Source of the DNA: an uncultured Candidatus Saccharibacteria bacterium
GTDB lineage: Bacteria > Patescibacteriota > UBA1384 > DTJR01
DNA: 64,000 nucleotides
Direction: 5' to 3'
NCBI GenBank assembly: GCA_964487045.1
Contig: CAZAOT010000001.1
Location: 215,863 to 279,862 of the forward strand
In this document: positions 29,427 through 38,141 of the stretch, in pieces
How positions within the stretch are numbered: position 1 is the first letter of the stretch
Layout of the letters: each line of letters opens with the position of its first letter
Position numbers and translations under genes: made by a program
The notes under the pieces: model-generated
What the model saw: only the letters and a program-made list of their open reading frames with translations
Told to the model about the DNA's origin: nothing
Databases searched by the model: none

Positions 29427-30101
29427 ATGACATACCCCATTAGTTTAAAAAATAAAGCGTTTGAGTTTAGATTGAGAGGATTAAGTTACAACACGATTTC
29501 TACTCGTCTAAAGGTGCCCAAAAGTACCTTGTGCTCATGGCTCAAAGAAAATCTAGATTCAGCAAAAATAAAAGAACAGAACATTGAAAAAACGAGAAAA
29601 ATTTGGTCTACAAATATCTCATCATTTAATTCTGCTAGAGCGAAGCGTTACAAAACTGAAGTTGCATCTGAAATCAGAGCAAATTCAAAGACTTTGCCTA
29701 AACTCAATTCTGATAATCTTTTCTGGATCGGGATAGGACTTTTTATGGCAGAAGGTAGTAAAAAAGAGAAATGGTCGATTAAATTTACAAACTCTGATCC
29801 TTTGATAATTAGATTAATAATGAGATTTTTTAGAGAAATTTGCAACGTTCCCGAGGATAAATTTAGGCCGTTGGTTTTTATACATAATAATTGTGATGAA
29901 GCCGAATCATTGAAATATTGGTCAGGAATTGCTAAAGTTCCAGAAGAGCAGTTCTGGAAGTCACAGATCATACGATCAAAGAGTAGCTTGGGCCGGAGAC
30001 CGGTCGATAGGTTGCCTTATGGAACTTTGCGGATCGCTATTCCTGACACAAGATTGAATAGAAAAATTTATGGTTGGATGCTTGGCTTGAGCAAATATTA
30101 A
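29427..30101 (+). CDS. HTH + single-motif LAGLIDADG-like protein
   Basis: N-term GLSYNTISTRLKVPKSTLCSW (HTH), FWIGIGLFMAEG, FTNSDP; lies between tRNA-Val and tRNA-Phe. Confidence 0.78.
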   Translation: MTYPISLKNKAFEFRLRGLSYNTISTRLKVPKSTLCSWLKENLDSAKIKEQNIEKTRKIWSTNISSFNSARAKRYKTEVASEIRANSKTLPKLNSDNLFWIGIGLFMAEGSKKEKWSIKFTNSDPLIIRLIMRFFREICNVPEDKFRPLVFIHNNCDEAESLKYWSGIAKVPEEQFWKSQIIRSKSSLGRRPVDRLPYGTLRIAIPDTRLNRKIYGWMLGLSKY

Positions 30102-30176
30102 GCCGAGGTAGCTCAGTGGTAGAGCACCGGTCTGAAAAACCGGGTGTCGGCAGTCCGATCCTGCCCCTCGGCACCA
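30102..30176 (+). tRNA. tRNA-Phe(GAA)
   Basis: GCCGAGG...CCGGT-CT-GAA-AA-ACCGG...CCTCGGC-A-CCA; T-loop TCCGATC. Confidence 0.93.
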
Positions 30177-30299
30177 AACTTCCCTCCAGTAGGAGTTACG
30201 CTTGGCAAGCCACCTATATCAACTAAGATCACCCTTTTCAGGAAGCAATTAAAAATGCGGTTTTCGGGCGGAACGAAAACCTAATCCATAATACAAAGT

Positions 30300-30707
30300 A
30301 TGATCAACTTCAAAGAATTTTTTACCTATAACCATCTCTTTACGCCGACTAACGAGCCGATGCACTACGTGCTTTATTTTTTTAGCCTTTTAGGGATTTG
30401 CCTTCTTATTTCGATTTATCTATATTTTATAGCCAAGAAAAAGCCAATTAAGTTCCAGAAAAATTTTTATCGAAGAGTCGCGGACTCACTATTTTATCTG
30501 CCAGTTCTGATGATTTTGTATCTTTTTATCAGGCGCGGAGGTCTGCAAATTGCCTCCCAGCGGATCATTTTCCTTAGTATGCTGGTTTTATGGTTGATTT
30601 GGCTCGGATTTTTGTTATACTATCGCTTAGCTGTTATTTCGAGATTATATCTTGAGTACAGCAAAAAAAAGAGAGAAGAAAGGTATCTAAAAAATGGTAA
30701 AAACTAA
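30300..30707 (+). CDS. Hypothetical membrane protein (3 TMs)
   Basis: Hydrophobic helices, basic tail overlapping the rpsA start. Confidence 0.75.
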   Translation: MINFKEFFTYNHLFTPTNEPMHYVLYFFSLLGICLLISIYLYFIAKKKPIKFQKNFYRRVADSLFYLPVLMILYLFIRRGGLQIASQRIIFLSMLVLWLIWLGFLLYYRLAVISRLYLEYSKKKREERYLKNGKN

Positions 30708-31773
30708 TACGGCGATTGAAGTTCAGTCATCTATGGACGAACTGGTTGCAGAGGTTGGGGACAAGCTAGTCCCGTTTGGTATTGGAGACTCGGTAGAATG
30801 TAAGGTTTTGCAGACAGCATCACACAGAATTTTGTGTGATGTTATGGGTTTAACTTGCGGTTTTGTGCCGGAGAAAGAATTTTCTTTTGACACTAAAGAC
30901 CTAAAGCCTGGAGATAAAGTTGTTGGTTCGGTTATGTCGATGGAAGGCAAGGACGGAATGATCGTTCTTTCACTTAGACGTGCCGACAGGGACAAGCTTT
31001 GGGACACTTTGCGAGAAAAAATGGAGAATCACTCCACTCTATCAGTAAGAGTTGCTTCTGCTAACAGAGGCGGTTTGATGGTAGATGCTGGAGGGTTAAC
31101 TGGATTCTTACCAGTTTCACAGCTGTCAGTAGATCACTATCCACGAGTTGATGGTGGAGATTCAGGTCAGATTCTCTACAAATTAAAAAAATTAGTCGGC
31201 GAGCCATTATCAGTTAAGATAATTGCCGTTGATAAAAATGAAGAGAAGCTAATCTTCTCCGAAAAAGAAGCAGTTTCAGATGCTCTCGGTGGAGTTGAAA
31301 GCTTGTTCGAAGTTGGCGAAGTTGTTGAGGGTATTATTTCAGGAATTGCTCCTTTTGGACTTTTCGTCAATCTTAAGTCGATCGAAGGTTTGATCCACAT
31401 TTCAGAAGTTTCATGGGATCATGTCTCAGACTTAAACAAAGAATTCAAAGTTAGCCAAAAAGTCAAAGCTAAGGTTGTGAAAATCGAAAACGGAAAGGTA
31501 TCACTTTCGATCAAGCGCTTAAGTGAAGATCCATGGCTAGGGCAGATGAAGAAGCTAAAAGTTGGCCAAAAACTCGAAGGTGAAGTTGGTAAGGTAACCG
31601 CTTATGGTGCATTTATCAAGCTACCTGATGGTTTAGAAGGTCTTGTTCACGCTGGCACACAAGGTGGCGATCCAGCTAAGGTGAAAGAGCTAAAAGCAGG
31701 CGAAAAAAAGGAATTCGAAGTCATCGAACTAAAGCCAGAATCAAGAAGGATTGGACTAAGGCTACTCGATTGA
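30694..31773 (+). CDS. rpsA: 30S ribosomal protein S1 (short, about 4 S1 domains)
   Basis: NRGGL..GFLPVSQL, FGLFV..EGLIHISEVSW, YGAFIKL..GLEGLVH. Confidence 0.9.
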   Translation: MVKTNTAIEVQSSMDELVAEVGDKLVPFGIGDSVECKVLQTASHRILCDVMGLTCGFVPEKEFSFDTKDLKPGDKVVGSVMSMEGKDGMIVLSLRRADRDKLWDTLREKMENHSTLSVRVASANRGGLMVDAGGLTGFLPVSQLSVDHYPRVDGGDSGQILYKLKKLVGEPLSVKIIAVDKNEEKLIFSEKEAVSDALGGVESLFEVGEVVEGIISGIAPFGLFVNLKSIEGLIHISEVSWDHVSDLNKEFKVSQKVKAKVVKIENGKVSLSIKRLSEDPWLGQMKKLKVGQKLEGEVGKVTAYGAFIKLPDGLEGLVHAGTQGGDPAKVKELKAGEKKEFEVIELKPESRRIGLRLLD

Positions 31774-31908
31774 TCACAGCCCCGACCGGTATTGTACCGA
31801 TGGGGCTGGATCAACCCAGCTTCGATAAGTTCGTCTTAAAGATTACCAGCACTAGTATTCGGACATAACAAGCGGTAAAATTTTTGTAATTCAGCTAAGG
31901 AGGCTGGG

Positions 31909-31937
31909 TTGACAAAACGGCTTAGATAAGCTATAAT
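31909..31937 (+). promoter_or_regulatory. Consensus sigma70 promoter
   Basis: TTGACA-17-TATAAT. Confidence 0.8.
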
Positions 31938-32034
31938 CTAGTATTTCATAAACGCACGGCTCTGGAGTAATTCAGAGCCGTGCGTTTATAAGAAACCACC
32001 TGCTCTTTGAGAGTTAGGTTAAGGAGGAACGGCC

Positions 32035-33717
32035 GTGGGCAAGCTGTGGCTGGCTCTTGTATTGCTTGTTGTTGTCTCGATGTCGTTTGCTGCTCAAGAC
32101 TTCGCAGTCGAGTGGCATGTCCACTCGAGCACCTTCTCGGACGGTACTCGCACCCCGCTACAACTCGTGCTCGATTCGCTTTGCCAAGTGGTGGTCTTCT
32201 CAGATCACCTCGACGGCATAGCAGCAAAGGGGGCGAAGCTCTACCTCGACACCATCAGAAGGTTGTCGGGTACAGCTGGGACGCTGGCTATTCCTGCGGT
32301 CGAAGTGACTTGTGGTAAACTTGAGAGCTCATATGATGTGATTGCTCTTGGCCTGAACGAAGAATCGCTTGACGAGCTGATTTCGCTTTATCAGAGAGGG
32401 GCTTTCAACTACTCCGAGCAAGGGCTACCTGCCCTTAAGGCGGTTGCAAACCGCTACAACTTGATCCTCATCGCTGCCCATCCGGACAGTAAGGACACCC
32501 TGCTTGGCAAGGGCATCCCTTTCCATCTCAACGAGAACGCCAAGTATGTCGACGGGTTTGAGATGTTCGATTCGAACCACATCGGTTTTGACGCGGACAA
32601 ATTTCCCGAAAACTGCCTGCCGTTCTACAGGCACTTTGACCGGCTAACGCTCACAGCTGGCAGCGACTTTCATTTCCTGATTCACGGCTCATTGCCAACC
32701 GAGTCTTGGCGTGAAGCGCCAATGACCCGGGTCATCCTCGACGACGACGCCTCGCTCACCGAAGAGTCGATCACTGACTCAATCCGGCGTGGCCGAACTT
32801 ACGTCTCGAGTCTGCGCAGCGCTCGGCTAGTCGAAGCGAGTGCGATGCCCGGCGGAGTGTGGAAGCTCGCCGAGCCGCTCTATATGGCTTGCCGAGGAGT
32901 AGAGGAAGGCGATTTTCTCTACGACAAGGTCAATGTGATTGCGGTCACCGGGAAGACGTGGCACAAGCGGAGCTTTCAACCTCGCTTTGATGGTGACAAG
33001 TTGGTGCTGAAGATCTCGGCTGATCAGTTTCCCCCTGGCATCAAGAGTCTGAACGTAGACTTCTGCGGGCGGATCCTCACCTCGACGATTCTCACCGCGC
33101 CGGCGCCAACTGCTCCGGTGCAGTCATCGCCTGTCGCTTCCGCACCCTCGCCGGTCCAGCCGACCCCTCAACCCGCACCTCAGCCTGCCGCCACATCCTC
33201 ACCAAACGCTAATGTCGATCCGAAGTACGGCATCAATCTTGCGGCGTATAAGTACCGCTTCCGCGGTACACAGGGGAATGTCTTTGGCAACACGAACGAG
33301 TATCTGGTCGTCTTTAATGACGACCTCAAGGGTAAAGTCTGGCATCAATTCGTGGCAGAATTTCCGCCGATTGTTCTCGACGTACAGCTCGAGATGAAAA
33401 GCGACGGCCACGCCCAATGTGTAGAGCTGTTCGACTTTGAACAGACCGCGAACGCCTGGCTTCCCAACCGTGCCCGGGATCCTCGCAAGACCGACCCATA
33501 CCTTGATGAACTGAGGTGTTGGAGTGAAGGTGACTGGGATCTGATCCCCAAAGGGAAGGCGCGTTTGAGAGTCAGCATTGATCCCAAGAGCCTCATGGCG
33601 TCGCACTGCGACACGTCGGGGCTTGCCTATACGATCAAGTCGATCCCTGCCTGGGCCTACGCGTTCAATCGGGGGTTTAACTACTACTATGACCAGGTTT
33701 TCCTAAAGCGTTTCTAG
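32035..33717 (+). CDS. Secreted PHP-domain metallohydrolase with Pro-rich linker and unknown C-terminal domain (GC-rich cassette)
   Basis: Signal peptide; WHVHSSTFSDG, FSDH, AAHP, AGSDFH; AAGGAGG SD. Confidence 0.8.
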   Translation: MGKLWLALVLLVVVSMSFAAQDFAVEWHVHSSTFSDGTRTPLQLVLDSLCQVVVFSDHLDGIAAKGAKLYLDTIRRLSGTAGTLAIPAVEVTCGKLESSYDVIALGLNEESLDELISLYQRGAFNYSEQGLPALKAVANRYNLILIAAHPDSKDTLLGKGIPFHLNENAKYVDGFEMFDSNHIGFDADKFPENCLPFYRHFDRLTLTAGSDFHFLIHGSLPTESWREAPMTRVILDDDASLTEESITDSIRRGRTYVSSLRSARLVEASAMPGGVWKLAEPLYMACRGVEEGDFLYDKVNVIAVTGKTWHKRSFQPRFDGDKLVLKISADQFPPGIKSLNVDFCGRILTSTILTAPAPTAPVQSSPVASAPSPVQPTPQPAPQPAATSSPNANVDPKYGINLAAYKYRFRGTQGNVFGNTNEYLVVFNDDLKGKVWHQFVAEFPPIVLDVQLEMKSDGHAQCVELFDFEQTANAWLPNRARDPRKTDPYLDELRCWSEGDWDLIPKGKARLRVSIDPKSLMASHCDTSGLAYTIKSIPAWAYAFNRGFNYYYDQVFLKRF

Positions 33718-33744
33718 CGCGTAGGGAGATCGAGGTTTGTTTTC

Positions 33745-33780
33745 ACGCCCAGCCGGGTTGTTTCCTGGCTGGGCGTTTTT
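33745..33780 (+). terminator. Intrinsic terminator
   Basis: ACGCCCAGCC...GGCTGGGCGT-TTTT. Confidence 0.8.
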
Positions 33781-33972
33781 CTTGAACAAATGTCTTTGTT
33801 CTGTTAAGATCGTGTAATAAATAAAGTAATATCCCGTCACTTTTCAACCTCTCGCAATATTCTCAATCTGAGAAATTTGCGGTCCCCTGTCAAACGGGTC
33901 AAGTAGGTTTCCAAAGTGAGGGACTTCCGGTCCAGCCCTTCGTGAAGAGCTGGACACGGAGCGGGAGTAAAC

Positions 33973-34449
33973 ATGCAGATTTCTAAAGCAAAAGATGGAC
34001 TCATTGAGATAAAAACCAAGTCAGCGATAATTCTGATCGATCATAAAATTATTATAAACGACGTCTCCTTGGAGGGCGCTGGGGAGTACGAAATTGGTGG
34101 GATTTCGATCGAAGGAATTGACGATAATATTTATATTTGCCAAGGCGAAGATATCAATTTTGCAATGGTTAATTTCATCGAAAAAATTTCCAAAGAATCG
34201 ATCGAAAAATTATCAAGCGTATCGCTACTTTTTGCAAGAGTTGATCAAAATGTTGATGCGGCAATTGAGCAGATCAGTCAAATTGAACCAAATCTTTGCG
34301 TTTATATTGGAGACGAACCTTCATATCAAAAAATAAAATCGGCCAGTATTGATGTCGATAAAACAGAAACTCTCAAAGTAAGTAAAAAAGATCTAGATGA
34401 GGCGGAGGGCTCATACTTTCTTGAAATAAACGATGCATCAAGCAAGTAA
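33973..34449 (+). CDS. Degenerate MBL-fold-like protein lacking the HxHxDH motif
   Basis: LEGAGEYEIGGISIEGI and ISQIEP segments resemble short MBL-fold hydrolases; no metal-binding motif. Confidence 0.55.
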   Translation: MQISKAKDGLIEIKTKSAIILIDHKIIINDVSLEGAGEYEIGGISIEGIDDNIYICQGEDINFAMVNFIEKISKESIEKLSSVSLLFARVDQNVDAAIEQISQIEPNLCVYIGDEPSYQKIKSASIDVDKTETLKVSKKDLDEAEGSYFLEINDASSK

Positions 34450-35377
34450 AGTCAAAGCATTTCTCGACAATAGTCAAAATATTTTAATTCTTCTGCATCA
34501 GTCACCTGACGGAGATACTATCTCTTCGTCGCTTGCGCTCGCTGCTTATTTCAGGCGAATTGGTAAGAAGGTTGATCTCGCTGTTAATGATGAAATTCCG
34601 AAGATTTTTGAGTTTCTCTTGAGCGAAGATGAGATCAAAAAAGACTTTCTTCTAGGTGACTATGATCTAGTCTTCGCCATAGACTGCGGCGATGCTCTAA
34701 GGACTGGTTTCCCGGCAAGGCTCGAGTCAATGTCTAAGGCAAAGCCACTTATAAATATCGACCATCACTTTAGAAATAATCTTCATAAAATAGCAACTCT
34801 AAATATTGTAGACGAAACGGCCTCCGCTACTGCTGAAATAATTTTTGAAATTCTGCTTGAGCTAGGAGCCAAGATAGACTCCAAAGTAGCAACTTATATT
34901 TTGGCCGGAATTTATTATGATACCGGGGGTTTTCAACATTCAAATGTAACTGGTCGTACACTCGGGATAGTTTCGGAATGTATCCGCTATGGTGGAAGAA
35001 TCAGCCTGGTGAGTCAAAATATTTCTTTAAATAAAAAAACTGCCGGTCTTAGACTTTGGGGCTTGGCTCTTAGAAGGATGATTGCCAAGAAAAACGGAAT
35101 TGTCTTTACCTACCTATCGAGCGAAGATCTTTTGGCAGTCGGCGCCGAAGTTGATGATGCCTCTGGCATTGTGAACCTCATAAATTCAGTACCTCAAAGT
35201 AGGGTCGCACTCTTGTTAATCGAGACTCCAGATGGTAAAATCAAAGCTAGCTTGCGAACCGAGGAAGACAGAGTGGATGTGTCTAAGATCGCTCGAATTT
35301 TTGGCGGAGGTGGTCATCGAAAAGCAGCCGGTTTCACCTTCGATGGCAAGCTGAAGAATTTGATCGCAAAAATATAA
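34433..35377 (+). CDS. nrnA: DHH/DHHA1 phosphoesterase (NrnA-like)
   Basis: HQSPDGD, IDCG, NIDHH, DTGGF, FGGGGHRKAAG. Confidence 0.92.
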   Translation: MHQASKVKAFLDNSQNILILLHQSPDGDTISSSLALAAYFRRIGKKVDLAVNDEIPKIFEFLLSEDEIKKDFLLGDYDLVFAIDCGDALRTGFPARLESMSKAKPLINIDHHFRNNLHKIATLNIVDETASATAEIIFEILLELGAKIDSKVATYILAGIYYDTGGFQHSNVTGRTLGIVSECIRYGGRISLVSQNISLNKKTAGLRLWGLALRRMIAKKNGIVFTYLSSEDLLAVGAEVDDASGIVNLINSVPQSRVALLLIETPDGKIKASLRTEEDRVDVSKIARIFGGGGHRKAAGFTFDGKLKNLIAKI

Positions 35378-35382
35378 CAAAT

Positions 35383-35470
35383 GGCGCGGTGTCGTAATCG
35401 GTAGCCGAGGCAGACTTAAAATCTGTTGGTCCTAAAGACCGTGTGGGTTCGAGTCCCACCCGCGCCACCA
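35383..35470 (+). tRNA. tRNA-Leu(TAA)
   Basis: GGCGCGG...GCAGA-CT-TAA-AA-TCTGT, variable arm, GTTCGAG, CCGCGCC-A-CCA. Confidence 0.95.
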
Positions 35471-35482
35471 TAGGGAGGATTT

Positions 35483-36175
35483 TTGCAAAAGTTGATCGAT
35501 ACAGAATTCTTCAAGAAATGGACGCATGATAGTGCTTATCTAATCGGCTATATATGTGCTGATGGTTGTGTACATAAGCGATCCAACAGGAATAATAGCT
35601 ATATTCTAACGATCACATCAAAAGATAAAGATCATTTGCACAAAATCAACACCATATTGTCATCTAATTATGCTATTTCAAAAAAAATCGGCGGTAGTGG
35701 ATCGATTTCCTACAATCTAAGTATTTCAAACACTGAGCTTTGCCTTGATCTAATAAATCTAGGGATAACTCCTCGTAAGACTTTCACCATAAGTAAAGTA
35801 GACGTTCCGGACTCTTTATTCTGCGATTTTTTGCGAGGTTATTTTGACGCAGATGGATCGATCTACATCTATAAGGTTAATAATACTTGGCAACTCAAGC
35901 TAGCTTTGGTTTCAGCTAGCAAGAACTTTTTGGAATTATTAGAGAGGGAAATATCTTTCAGACTTCAACTAGAGAGAAAAAATATTTATACGTTTCAGGG
36001 CAAGGGCAAGAACAATCCATTGCACTCGCTAGTTTTTTATATAAATGATGGGCAAAAATTCTTAAAATTTATTTACAAAAATAGTCCCCATATTTTTTTA
36101 GAAAGAAAGTACGAAGTCTTTAATAAATGGAAGACCATCAAAAGACGTAGCTATATATTAACAACTCAAAGTTGA
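35483..36175 (+). CDS. Free-standing double-motif LAGLIDADG endonuclease-like protein
   Basis: AYLIGYICADG and CDFLRGYFDADG; GGGAGG SD + TTG start 12 nt after the tRNA CCA. Confidence 0.88.
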   Translation: MQKLIDTEFFKKWTHDSAYLIGYICADGCVHKRSNRNNSYILTITSKDKDHLHKINTILSSNYAISKKIGGSGSISYNLSISNTELCLDLINLGITPRKTFTISKVDVPDSLFCDFLRGYFDADGSIYIYKVNNTWQLKLALVSASKNFLELLEREISFRLQLERKNIYTFQGKGKNNPLHSLVFYINDGQKFLKFIYKNSPHIFLERKYEVFNKWKTIKRRSYILTTQS

Positions 36176-36292
36176 TACTTTTCTTACTCCCTTGATCAAT
36201 TTTTATAAAAATGTTATAATTTCTCTCTGTTGGCGCAAATGAAATTGGCCATTTTGTGGTCAGCTAAATCTGCGACAATGGAGGGTGTTTCT

Positions 36293-36508
36293 GTGGAACA
36301 GGACATCGTATTCGTGTTCGAGGATAAGAAGTACAAGGTCAGCCATGATGCTTACATCCTGGGTCTGGCCATCAGGCTTCCGGATGGTCGCATGATCCGC
36401 CCGAACTACTGGGAAACAGGTGATCCCCCTGTTCCCAAAGGACTGGCGGTTTGTGGGATAGACGAGCATGTTCTTGCTGAGCTCGTCGAAGACGGGAGCC
36501 AGTCATAG
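36293..36508 (+). CDS. Small hypothetical protein (GC-rich orphan cassette)
   Basis: TTGATC-17-TATAAT at 36192-36220; GGAGG before GTG 36293; hairpin 36533-36565; start uncertain. Confidence 0.62.
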   Translation: MEQDIVFVFEDKKYKVSHDAYILGLAIRLPDGRMIRPNYWETGDPPVPKGLAVCGIDEHVLAELVEDGSQS

Positions 36509-36578
36509 ATCGCATCTGCAGCATTGTCTCCTGGCCGGACCCAAGCATCACGCTTGGCTCCGGCCTCTTCTTTTTTAG

Positions 36579-37115
36579 CTAGGTCTTATTTCTAGTTAGT
36601 TCTAAAACCTCATACAAAATAACACCTGCAGAGGTAGCCACATTTATTGAATTTGCTCGCCCTAACATCGGTAGTTCTACTGACAAATCGCACTCTTCAA
36701 GTACTTCTTTTGACACTCCCTTGCCTTCATGTCCGAGTACGATCGCAATCGGTCTTTTGTATTTAGCTTTTTTGTAGTCGATTGACTGGTCGGTTTGCTC
36801 TAAGGCTACAACTCGCACTCCTTCATCTTTCAACTTTTTAACAATCATTTTTGCACTTTCAGCGTACTCCCAATCTACCCATTCAACCGCTCCCATTGAG
36901 ACCTTGAAAATTTTGTTTCGCGGAGGTGTAGCGGTGATGCCGCAAAGGTAAATCTTTTTTACTCGTACCGCATCGCAAGTTCTAAAAATTGCCCCGACAT
37001 TTTCCATCGATTTAATATTGTCGAGAATTACATAAATCTCGTTTTTAGGGGATTTAGAAACTTGTCTAAGTCCACCTTTAAGTTTTTTGTTTTCTGCTTG
37101 TGTTCTTTGCCGCAT
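36579..37115 (-). CDS. TrmH/SpoU family RNA methyltransferase
   Basis: LDNIKSMENVGAIFRT, VLGHEGKG, LPMLGRANSINVA. Confidence 0.92.
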   Translation of the reverse strand: MRQRTQAENKKLKGGLRQVSKSPKNEIYVILDNIKSMENVGAIFRTCDAVRVKKIYLCGITATPPRNKIFKVSMGAVEWVDWEYAESAKMIVKKLKDEGVRVVALEQTDQSIDYKKAKYKRPIAIVLGHEGKGVSKEVLEECDLSVELPMLGRANSINVATSAGVILYEVLELTRNKT

Positions 37116-37167
37116 AGTTAGTAATTAAATCAATTTTATTTATAAAAGTCAAAGATATTATATTCAA

Positions 37168-37395
37168 ATAGTCGAAGAAGCGAGCTTGGAAGCGATAATA
37201 AATAAATGCTCTCCGAAGTTGAAAGCTGGAACTGATTATCTTGGCAAACTTGTCCAAGAATGAATTCCAGAAGGTTCAACAAGGAGAGCTTCATCAAGGG
37301 CGTTGCGAGGGTCAGGAATTCGTTAAAAACCTAGGGAACACACCGAAAGTGTGCCCTGGGTTGTTAACATTAACTGCGAGCCGAAGGCTCGCAAA
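37168..37395 (+). repeat. Dispersed structured repeat, reference copy 3
   Basis: Colinear with the reverse complement of 52561-52766, with compensatory stem changes. Confidence 0.9.
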
Positions 37396-37442
37396 GTAAT
37401 AATCTATTGTTAAATGAATTTTTTTTAGTTAAAATCTAACTA

Positions 37443-38141
37443 ATGAGGAAAAAACTTCAATCATATCTAGCAGTAGTGCTTGCTATAGGCATTTTTGGGT
37501 TCGGAGTATATAAATATTTTCCGACCATTTTTGCTGATGACATTTATCCTCTTGAATACACTGAAGAAATCAATAAATGTGCTGATCTTTTCGGTCTAGA
37601 TAAGCCTCTGCTTGCTGCCTTAATTCTTAAAGAGTCTGGTTTTAATGCTCAAGCTGTATCTCGTGCGGGCGCGATGGGACTGACTCAGCTGATGCCTGCT
37701 ACAGCAAGAGGGCTTAACAATCGAGTTTTTGAAGGAAGATATACAGATTATTTTGATCCAGAATCTAATATTTGTATGGGCGCAGCGCACTTAGCTGGAC
37801 TTCTTGGCACCTATGATGGGGACGTAACTGCGGCGCTTATTGCATATAATGGTGGCGACGGCGCGGCTAGACGTTACTTGGCCGCTCGAGACACTTCAGT
37901 TTTAGTGACTGAAACCAGGCTTTATTCTCCTAAAATCTTGGCTGCTAGGGAAGTCTACGCTTCGATGTATGCCGATAGATTCACTCCGTCTAAGAGTGAA
38001 TTCAAGCTACCAGATCCGACGACCGGTAAAATTTATGCCCCGCAACTAGTCAACCTAAACGTACCAAGGCCCGAAGATAAAACCAAGGAATTCTGGAAAG
38101 GATTTTTGAAGGATGCCTTTGCAAGATTTGTCAAGAAATAG
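37443..38141 (+). CDS. Lytic transglycosylase (SLT domain)
   Basis: ALILKESGF, AVSRAGAMGLTQLMPATA, AYNGG, ETRLY. Confidence 0.92.
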   Translation: MRKKLQSYLAVVLAIGIFGFGVYKYFPTIFADDIYPLEYTEEINKCADLFGLDKPLLAALILKESGFNAQAVSRAGAMGLTQLMPATARGLNNRVFEGRYTDYFDPESNICMGAAHLAGLLGTYDGDVTAALIAYNGGDGAARRYLAARDTSVLVTETRLYSPKILAAREVYASMYADRFTPSKSEFKLPDPTTGKIYAPQLVNLNVPRPEDKTKEFWKGFLKDAFARFVKK

